DNA of 64,000 nucleotides from assembly GCA_963796965.1 (NCBI GenBank), contig CAWCNS010000004.1:128001-192000 (forward strand), read 5' to 3'. Below, one piece after another: positions 56,349 to 64,000 of the stretch (position 1 is its first letter; every line of letters begins with the position of its first letter). The notes under the pieces are model-generated. The model worked only from the letters and a program-made list of their open reading frames with translations, searched no databases and was not told the origin of the DNA. This stretch comes from Calditrichia bacterium. GTDB taxonomy: Bacteria > Calditrichota > Calditrichia > JAJRVZ01. The position numbers and the translations under genes are program-made.

Positions 56349-56420
56349 TCCATTCTTATTGGGGAGACAGGTTACCGCAAACGGAGACCATATATCGTTT
56401 AGAAATTCTTTTTTTAATGT

Positions 56421-56605
56421 ATCCTCTACGAGGATGAGAAATATAGGACCTGCAAGTTTTACAATATTTTATCTTCTACGAAGATCGGCTAAGCATTGGA
56501 GATGCAAGATTTAAGTAGTAAAATAAAATTCATTTAAAACCTCGAAGAGGTTTTATTTTTGTAGTAACGACCATAAACCCAAAATACATAATCCTTGTAG
56601 AGGAT
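56421..56605. repeat. Four-unit REP-like cluster ATCCTCTACGAGGAT
   Basis: Units at 56421 and 56471 (forward) and 56538 and 56591 (reverse orientation), between convergent genes. Confidence 0.65.
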
Positions 56606-56775
56606 TAATTACTCGTGAATCTCCCCTGTTTTAATAGTCATATTTCTTTAGACAAATGCCAATTATTCTAAATCGCGAATAACGTGTCATGTGTTCTGAT
56701 TGCAATTTCCCAATTCTCAGGGCCGAAACCAAATATTGCATCTGCTGTCACATTGCTTATTTCCTAAAAGCAATC

Positions 56776-59373
56776 TCAGGTTAACGAGGGGATATTCCAT
56801 CCTTCAACCTTCAACTCTGGTATATCACCTTTTAGATCCTTCGTTGAGAAAGTCCCCTTTAATACCCGATTTTCCCCCGGGAGTAATGTAACATAATTGT
56901 CATCCCAGTATACAGGTATGATTCTGTTACCATCTTTTTTGCCAATGAGGATAATCTCGTTGAAGAATGAGATCTTGTCAGTTGAATTTGTCAATTCCAC
57001 TGTAATGAATTGCTCATTCTCGATCTGATCAAATCTATGATTAATATCTAAAGTTGTCATGGGCAGCTCATTTAATAGCGTAAGATCGGCAAATTCTTTT
57101 GTAGGTGTATAGAAAGCAAAATCATCAAATTTATAGTCATAGTCAAGGACGTCAGATTTTATTGAAAGCCAGTAAAAATTAATACCTACCTCCTCCTCTT
57201 TTTCATCGATTAGTCGCAGGTCAAGAAAATAGGTGGTGGATAAATTATTAATTTTTGGTAATGAAAATAAGAGGGTGCTTGACTCTTTTGGTATGTTAAT
57301 ATCGGTGGTTTGATGGAGGATTAACTCAGAGTTTATATTAAACAGTCGTATTTCCGCTTTATAATTTTTTATTGGGTGTGAAAAGTCATTTACAATAAAA
57401 ATTGCATCATCTCCATAGTGATAGAGTAAATGGAGAGGTTCACAGGCCTTTTTTGTACCATAGTAGGCACCATTCGGGATGAGATAATAGTCGTATAACT
57501 GCCAGTACATGGCAGGCCAGGCAGAATTTAGCATCCATTGAATAATCCCGGTCGCTTTGTCTTTGTGGGCTTGGAAAGCCTCGAACATGGGACGCATTAA
57601 CTCGTAGTTCATTAACTGTGACTTTTTAACAAAGTCATCAATATCGACAGCTTTTCCGTAACGATTATCAATTGCTTCTTTAAAAAGATCAAGCATACCA
57701 AACTCATGTAAAGCGCAGTGATAATCCCATACATTATCAATTGGCCAGCGATTTTCAGCTGGAATCATTTTTTTAATACTATCGAGCGGGGGTACATTCC
57801 CACCGGGACAGGTTTCTGTGTTAAATCCATAGGCGCCTCCTAAATGGGTATTGGTAAACCAATATACAGGAGGTGTGTGATCATATGGGCCAAGCATCTT
57901 AACACCGGATGATCCGCTGATATCGCTTATGATCTCAGTTTTTGTTATAATGTTTTGATCACTACCCACGCCCCCAGTAGAGTTCAAATAGGCCCGGGTC
58001 GAATCATAGTTTTCAAAAGTTTTGAAGTATTTTTTTTCCAGGTCAGGGTGGGGAACCATATCGCTACCCACTGACCATACAAAAATGCTCGGATGGTTGC
58101 GCAGCCAAATGACCTGATCCTCCCATGATCTGGCAATCAGATCAATTTCCTCTGGTTCTGTAATACCACCATATCGGGGATCAACGGGTTTCCCCAGGTG
58201 TAATTCGTGCTCCCAGTGACAGCTCCAGCCGGCCATTATCAAAATTCCATTTTTATCACATAAGTCAAAAAGAGTATGGTCTTTCCCCCATAATCCTTCC
58301 AGACGAATACAATTGAGGTTCATTTGTTTTACATAATTTATTTGGATCTCCAGGGATTCTGCCGTATCACCAAGAAATATTTCGTCGGTCCAGCCAGCAC
58401 CTTTTATCAAAGTTTTTTTACCATTGATGATAAATCCGCGGTGACCCTCCTTGCTGAGATAATCATCAACAGATCGAATACCGAAGGTCTGGTTTATGGC
58501 ATGGGTGATGTTGTCCGCACGAATAAACGACATGGACAGTTCGTAGAGATTTGGCTCACCAAGATTATTAGGCCACCATATTCGGGGATTCTCTAAATGA
58601 AGCTGGGGGAAATTTTCCACTTCGAATTGGATAAGACGTTTTTCACCCGCAGATAATGTAATTGTCTGTTCGAATTGAATATCCTCGATTACTCCCTGAA
58701 GAATTCCGGAAGTCTCCTTTTCTGAATAATTTACTAATTCTGCACTCACTTTAAGGTCAGCTGAATTGAGGGTCACCACATCGATTTTGGTTTCTATAAA
58801 AGGGTTCTCAATGTGGACGTCATCAAAAAAATGAAGGTTTACTGGTCGGAAGATACCCATGTTACGATCAGGCGGATGGGGATTCCAATCCACGAAACCG
58901 ATGGAAAATTCACCAGGCTCAGGTGGATAAACTTCGAGTGCTAAAATATTAAATCCCTCAATAAGATAATCCGTAATATCAAATTGAAAGCGGCGATAGG
59001 GTCCCTCCACTGTTTTGGGATCAGCCAATAGTAAGCCGTTCAACCATATGGAGGCTTTATAATTAATTCCATCAAAAGAAATAATACATTTTTTTGAAAG
59101 TTGATCTTTATGAATTTCAAACTTTTTTCTAAACCACCAACTAATCTCAAAGGGTTCCCGGGAAATCTTTTTCAAATTATCACCCACAAAGATCTCAGGA
59201 TACAATCCATTCTCCATCAGCGTATTCATTACAGTTCCTGGGACCGTTGATAGATACCAATCAATGGTTTTAAATCCTGGAGATGAAATTTCCTGGCCGT
59301 CAACTTTAATTTTATCTGAACTAATAATTTCCCAACCCATATTGAGTTGACATTGAGCATCATTTTTTTGCAT
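56776..59373 (-). CDS. GH2 exo-beta-glycosidase (exo-beta-D-glucosaminidase/beta-mannosidase-like subgroup)
   Basis: VDWNPHPPDRNMGI, WWPN.LGEP.LY, IRLEG, VGSD acid/base, FNTETCPG nucleophile, QWMLNSAWP; AGGAG RBS before ATG 59373. Confidence 0.82.
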   Translation of the reverse strand: MQKNDAQCQLNMGWEIISSDKIKVDGQEISSPGFKTIDWYLSTVPGTVMNTLMENGLYPEIFVGDNLKKISREPFEISWWFRKKFEIHKDQLSKKCIISFDGINYKASIWLNGLLLADPKTVEGPYRRFQFDITDYLIEGFNILALEVYPPEPGEFSIGFVDWNPHPPDRNMGIFRPVNLHFFDDVHIENPFIETKIDVVTLNSADLKVSAELVNYSEKETSGILQGVIEDIQFEQTITLSAGEKRLIQFEVENFPQLHLENPRIWWPNNLGEPNLYELSMSFIRADNITHAINQTFGIRSVDDYLSKEGHRGFIINGKKTLIKGAGWTDEIFLGDTAESLEIQINYVKQMNLNCIRLEGLWGKDHTLFDLCDKNGILIMAGWSCHWEHELHLGKPVDPRYGGITEPEEIDLIARSWEDQVIWLRNHPSIFVWSVGSDMVPHPDLEKKYFKTFENYDSTRAYLNSTGGVGSDQNIITKTEIISDISGSSGVKMLGPYDHTPPVYWFTNTHLGGAYGFNTETCPGGNVPPLDSIKKMIPAENRWPIDNVWDYHCALHEFGMLDLFKEAIDNRYGKAVDIDDFVKKSQLMNYELMRPMFEAFQAHKDKATGIIQWMLNSAWPAMYWQLYDYYLIPNGAYYGTKKACEPLHLLYHYGDDAIFIVNDFSHPIKNYKAEIRLFNINSELILHQTTDINIPKESSTLLFSLPKINNLSTTYFLDLRLIDEKEEEVGINFYWLSIKSDVLDYDYKFDDFAFYTPTKEFADLTLLNELPMTTLDINHRFDQIENEQFITVELTNSTDKISFFNEIILIGKKDGNRIIPVYWDDNYVTLLPGENRVLKGTFSTKDLKGDIPELKVEGWNIPSLT

Positions 59374-59566
59374 TATATTTACTCCTATTAAAGGAATAGA
59401 TGTGAGAGAGCAATCCAATAAAGTAAATAAGGGAATAGCATTATATTATATGTGCTTATAGGAATCTTCTGCCCTTAGTCCGGCCATCTTTCCAATAATA
59501 TATGGGGTTATATGCCAGAAAAAGTATGACAAATGTGCAGTTTTTTGAGATATTCCTGAATACAAG

Positions 59567-59613
59567 TTGCAATTAATTTAAGATTAATTTAACTTACAGG
59601 CAAACGTTTGTTC
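59567..59613 (+). promoter_or_regulatory. Sigma70-like promoter plus LacI-type operator
   Basis: TTGCAA-N17-TAACTT, then GGCAAACGTTTGTTC (near-exact reverse complement of the 45277 site). Confidence 0.65.
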
Positions 59614-59857
59614 AGAGTTTAGTTGTCTTTAATAAGATAACTGTCTATTTTGCATAAAGTTGCTGTATTGTTGATTCAGTCTTTGTTCTATGCAAATTTC
59701 GCCATTGGAAAACAGGTGATTTGTATCGGGGTGCGGAATTCTCTTAATTTTTTTGTATAGTTATCATACCAGTGTTTTATTATCCCTTCCTCCTGTTTTT
59801 CGATTAATAGTTATATAAAGAATACATCATCTATAAACATTAAATAAACAGGCATTA

Positions 59858-59871
59858 GGCAAACGATTGCC
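59858..59871. promoter_or_regulatory. Second LacI-type operator upstream of fucI
   Basis: GGCAAACGATTGCC. Confidence 0.55.
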
Positions 59872-59919
59872 CAATGAGTATTTATACTCGCAAAACATAT
59901 TTTATGTGGGAGTTCGGAA

Positions 59920-61735
59920 ATGAACGAAAAAACAACAGCAACCCAGAATTCACCTACTGTATTTTTAAATGAGAATCTGCCTAAAATAGGTATTAGGCCA
60001 ACTATTGATGGCCGTTTGGGTGGGGTTCGTGAATCATTAGAAGAACAAACAATGAGTATGGCCAAATCTGTTGAAGCGTTTATATCGCAAAATGTCAGAT
60101 ACCCAAATGGAAAGCCGGTAGAATGTGTTATCGCTGATACTTGTATCGGGGGCGTCGCTGAAGCAGCACAGACAGCAGAAAAATTTAAACGTGAAAACGT
60201 TGGTGTTTCCCTCACTGTTACCCCATGTTGGTGCTATGGATCAGAAACGATGGATATGGATCCTTTAATTCCAAAAGCAATTTGGGGGTTTAATGGAACT
60301 GAGCGTCCGGGCGCTGTTTATCTTGCAGCAACTCTGGCGGCACATAATCAAAAGGGTTTGCCTGCATTTGGTATATATGGGCGCGATGTCCAGGATAAAG
60401 GGGACGATTCCATTCCTAATGATGTCAGAGAAAAATTACTCACTTTTGCCAGAGCAGGTCTGTCAGTGGCATTGATGCGAGGCAAATCATATTTGGCTAT
60501 GGGTGGGGTTTCTATGGGTATTGCCGGATCAATTGTCGATAATAATTTTTTTGAAAGTTATCTTGGTATGCGCGTTGAAGCAATCGATATGACAGAGGTT
60601 GTTCGACGTATAGATGAAAAAATTTATGATGAAGACGAGTTTGAGAAAGCCCTGGCCTGGGTAAAAGAAAATTGTCCTGAAGGTAAAGATTATAATGACC
60701 CTACCATTCAGCGCACAGCTCAGCAGAAAGAAGATGATTGGGCCTTTTCTGTAAAGATGGCATTAATCGGCCGTGATCTGATGGTTGGTAATCCAAAGTT
60801 AGCAGAGAAAGGTTTTGGTGAAGAGGCCCTTGGACATAATGCCATATCAGGTGGCTTTCAAGGACAGCGCCACTGGACTGATCATTTCCCTAATGGTGAT
60901 TTTATGGAAGCTGATTTTAAATACCTCTTTCGACTGGAATGGGAAACGCACACCTTACATTTTTGCTACAGAAAATGATTCACTTAATGGCGCCTCCATG
61001 CTTTTTGGTTATTTGTTGACCAATACAGCACAAATTTTTTCAGATGTACGAACATACTGGAGCCCGGAAGCCATCAAACGTGTTACGGGGTATACTGTCG
61101 AAGGTGGTGCAAAGAATGGCTTTCTCCATCTGATAAATTCAGGCCCGACCACGCTTGATGGAAGCGGAGAACAAAGTATTGAGGGAAAACCGGCGATGAA
61201 ACCCTTTTGGGAAATTGATGACGATGAAGTCAAAAAATGTCTTAAGGCCACCAGTTGGCATGCATCTGACCTTGGGTACTTCAGAGGAGGAGGCTATTCA
61301 ACGCGTTTTAAAACCCGTGGCGATATGCCGGTAACCATGTCAAGAATTAATATTGTAAAGGGTCTTGGGCCGGCATTGCAAATTGCAGAAGGATTTACCA
61401 TTGATTTGCCTGATGAGGTACATGATACGCTCGATGATAGAACAAATCCCACTTGGCCTACAACCTGGTTTGCACCGAGGGTGACTGGCGAAGGAGCTTT
61501 CACGGATGTTTATTCCGTTATGAATAATTGGGGTGCAAATCATGGTGCGATTAGTTATGGTCATATTGGTGCAGGTTTAATTGCATTAGCCGCGATGTTA
61601 AGAATTCCCGTGTATATGCATAATGTTCCTGCAGAGAAGATCTTCCGACCAGCAGCATGGAATGCATTTGGAACTGCTGATCGTGAAGGTGCTGATTTTA
61701 GGGCATGTGAAAATTTTGGTCCACTCTACAGGTAA
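59920..61735 (+). CDS. fucI: L-fucose/D-arabinose isomerase (frameshift near 60913)
   Basis: [82 protein letters not shown]. Confidence 0.93.
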
Positions 61736-61795
61736 GAAACAATTAAGAATTAAAAATACAGAATTATAAATGGCCAGGATTTAACCGTATATCTT

Positions 61796-61822
61796 GAGAC
61801 CCTGAAACAAGTTCAGGGTGAC
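61796..61822 (-). repeat. GTCA-type REP hairpin
   Basis: GAGACCCTGAAACAAGTTCAGGGTGAC, the exact reverse complement of 15787-15813. Confidence 0.85.
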
Positions 61823-62001
61823 TATTGTGTGCAGGGCGTATTTATTTTCTGAGTTTTATGAAGTATCTAAATGTAGCGAAACGATTAATCGTATCGTCAG
61901 TTCAATCATTCTTTTCTGGTTTTATTAATACTTTTTAGAGAAGAATACTTCAAACATACATAAATGTAAATAAGTACCAAAGTTAAGAATAGGAGATAAA
62001 G

Positions 62002-62970
62002 ATGAATGTAATAAAGGCAACGGCAGCGGGGGGCAATTGGCCTGTTATGATTACACCATTTAATGAAGACAAATCAATTGACTGGTCAAGTTTGGATCAG
62101 CTGATAGAATGGTATCTCGGTGCAGATATTCAGGGATTATTTGCCGTTTGCCAATCCAGTGAAATGTTTAATATGTCCAATAAAGAAAGATTGGATCTGG
62201 CTAGCCATGTGGTTAAACGGGTAGAAGGTCGCGTACCTGTTATAGCTACCGGTACCTTCCCGGACAATGAGAGTAATCAGGCTGAAATGGTTAAAAAAGT
62301 TTATGATACCGGTGTTGAATTAGTGGTTGTTCTTACAAATGTCTTTGCTGCATCTGATGAATCTGAAGATGTTTGGATAAAAAATATTGAAAAACTTTTA
62401 TCACAAACTGATGATATCCCGTTGGGGTTGTATGAATGCCCATTTCCATACAAGCGTCTGATTCCACCTGAAACTATGAAATGGGTTGTCGAGACAAATC
62501 GTTTTTTCTGGTCCAAAGATACTTCGGAAAATATTGATCAGATAAAAGAACGGTTAAAAGTGTTAGAAAACAGTAATCTGAGTCTGTACAACGCCCACAC
62601 AGGTTCGCTGTTGGAAAGTCTTGGTGTTGGTGTCGTTGGATTTGCAGGAATAGATTCTAATTATTTTCCACATTTATATTCATGGATGTGTGAGAATTGG
62701 AAAAAAGACTCTAATCTTTCAAAAGATCTGCAAGAGTTTTTTGTCTGGGCAAGAAATATCATTGATTATAAATATCCCCTATCAGCAAAAGAGTACCTGG
62801 TTCTGATTGATGTTATAAATAACTCAACAACACGTCTGGACAAAGGTATATTCGATCGGGCAGGGATTGACAATTTAAGGAGGATGTACACGGAAGTGGA
62901 GTCCTGGCATGAAAAGCTAGGCATAGAATTAACTTCCCGGATCAATAAAACCTCAAAACTTACAGTATAA
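62002..62970 (+). CDS. DHDPS/N-acetylneuraminate-lyase family pyruvate-dependent aldolase or dehydratase
   Basis: PVMITPF, GLFAVCQSSEM (in place of GTTGE), GLYECPFPYKR, Schiff-base KDT. Confidence 0.82.
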   Translation: MNVIKATAAGGNWPVMITPFNEDKSIDWSSLDQLIEWYLGADIQGLFAVCQSSEMFNMSNKERLDLASHVVKRVEGRVPVIATGTFPDNESNQAEMVKKVYDTGVELVVVLTNVFAASDESEDVWIKNIEKLLSQTDDIPLGLYECPFPYKRLIPPETMKWVVETNRFFWSKDTSENIDQIKERLKVLENSNLSLYNAHTGSLLESLGVGVVGFAGIDSNYFPHLYSWMCENWKKDSNLSKDLQEFFVWARNIIDYKYPLSAKEYLVLIDVINNSTTRLDKGIFDRAGIDNLRRMYTEVESWHEKLGIELTSRINKTSKLTV

Positions 62971-62981
62971 GGATGTCGTAA

Positions 62982-64000
62982 ATGAATAGGGATATTATTG
63001 AAAATCTGTTAAAAAAAATCCAGGAGATCAAAATTTGTGTTTATGGTGATTTTTGTCTCGATGCCTACTGGATGGTGGATCCCCGTAAATCGGAAATCTC
63101 TGTAGAGACAGGATTACAGGCAGAATCTGTTGCAAAACATAGTTATTCACTTGGTGGTGCTTCAAATGTGGTAGCTAATTTGGCTGCTCTACGACCTAAA
63201 CAAATTAAAATTTTTGGTGCAGTTGGCGATGATATCTATGGGCGGGAAATGACTGCTCAATTAAATAGACTTGGGGTTGATACGAGTGGTTTGGTTCTTC
63301 AACAGGATGAGTTTTCTACTTATGTATTTTGTAAACGAATACTTGAAGGTGAAGAACAACCGCGTTTTGATTTTGGTACCTATAATTTGCGCAGCACAGA
63401 AACGGATGACCTGATACTTGAGAATTTACGAGATAATGTTGCGGAAGCGGATATCGTTATTTTAAATCAACAGGTTCCGGAAAGTATCACCAATGATAAA
63501 TTTATTGAAGATATTAATAATCTCATTAATACCTACCCCGAGAAGTCTTTTATATTAGACTCACGCCATAAGTCTGATAAATTTAAAAATGTAATCCTCA
63601 AAACAAATGAAGTTGAATCGGCACTACTCAATGGTGTTGATGTAAATATTGATGATGTTCTACCAGTTACGGAGGTTATTAATTTCGCCCGCAATTTATT
63701 TGAAAAGAATAAGAAACCTGTAATTGTCAGTCGTGGAAACCGCGGGATTCTGGCTTATGACGAAAAAGGGGTTAGTGAAGTCTCGGGTCTTCAGTTTCTC
63801 AAAAAACTTGATACTGTTGGGGCCGGGGATACAGCACTAAGTGCTTTGGCTTGTTCATTGGCTACAGGATCTTCAATGTCTGATGCTATACACTTTGCTA
63901 ATTTTGCAGCCGGTGTTACAGTACAAAAATTGTATCAAACCGGTACAGCAAATGGTGAAGAGATACGGGCGTTGGCCGCTGATCCTGATTATATCTATCA
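62982..64000 (+). CDS. PfkB-family sugar kinase, HldE/RfaE domain-I-like (runs off the window end)
   Basis: Own translation: VYGDFCLDAYW, EISVETG, LGGASNVVANL, DTVGAGDT, ANFAAGVTVQK..TGTA; open to 64000. Confidence 0.85.
   Translation, partial: MNRDIIENLLKKIQEIKICVYGDFCLDAYWMVDPRKSEISVETGLQAESVAKHSYSLGGASNVVANLAALRPKQIKIFGAVGDDIYGREMTAQLNRLGVDTSGLVLQQDEFSTYVFCKRILEGEEQPRFDFGTYNLRSTETDDLILENLRDNVAEADIVILNQQVPESITNDKFIEDINNLINTYPEKSFILDSRHKSDKFKNVILKTNEVESALLNGVDVNIDDVLPVTEVINFARNLFEKNKKPVIVSRGNRGILAYDEKGVSEVSGLQFLKKLDTVGAGDTALSALACSLATGSSMSDAIHFANFAAGVTVQKLYQTGTANGEEIRALAADPDYIY

Noticed and set aside
141..61735. About 17 split genes suggesting mass pseudogenisation or programmed frameshifting
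   Set aside because: The breaks I inspected are mostly single extra bases in unrelated contexts (e.g. ATCTCT[A]CATAAT near 19730, GAAGCT[G]ATT near 60913). They show no shared slippery motif and no in-frame stop decay, which fits long-read error. Read polishing would settle it.
1132..62516. Numerous 60-140 aa antisense or overlapping ORFs in the track
   Set aside because: They are shadows of well-supported genes on the other strand or in another frame
62002..62970. dapA assignment for the DHDPS-family gene
   Set aside because: GTTGE is replaced by CQSSE, and the context is sugar catabolism rather than lysine synthesis
51240..64000. gmhA plus HldE-like kinase as an ordinary ADP-heptose biosynthesis operon
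   Set aside because: Not excluded but disfavoured: they are embedded among hydrolases, an importer and catabolic enzymes under LacI-type operators, with no transferases in the window
59920..64000. Canonical fucose operon (fucPIKUA)
   Set aside because: No FGGY fuculokinase, class II aldolase, mutarotase or FucP is visible

Overview
AT-rich (~38% GC by eye) chromosomal window from a Gram-negative bacterium. Gene content (Reg_prop/Y_Y_Y beta-propeller sensors, Hanks kinases with TPRs, AGGAG-type RBSs) suggests a Calditrichota/KSB1-like FCB lineage; this is inference only. About 17 genes are split by 1-bp indels, most likely long-read errors. Contents: (i) signalling genes, namely three beta-propeller sensors with His-kinase, PP2C and AraC outputs, a NarL-type regulator and two Ser/Thr kinases; (ii) a GT4/GH130/GT4-fusion/GH130 cluster converging on a cytoplasmic GH92; (iii) a ~19-kb sugar locus (45.3-64 kb) joined by three LacI-type operators. 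The locus encodes two GH38-like proteins that both lack the catalytic nucleophile Asp, GmhA, a deoxyhypusine-synthase-like unknown, an SSS transporter, GDPD, GH2, FucI, a DHDPS/NAL-family aldolase and an HldE-like kinase. My best candidate for an undescribed system is that this locus catabolises heptose/Kdo (LPS inner core). (iv) Many intergenic spaces carry REP-like hairpins, some nested inside one another with a shared CAGG tail, and one sits in-frame inside a kinase gene. I saw no rRNA, tRNA, CRISPR array or transposase.
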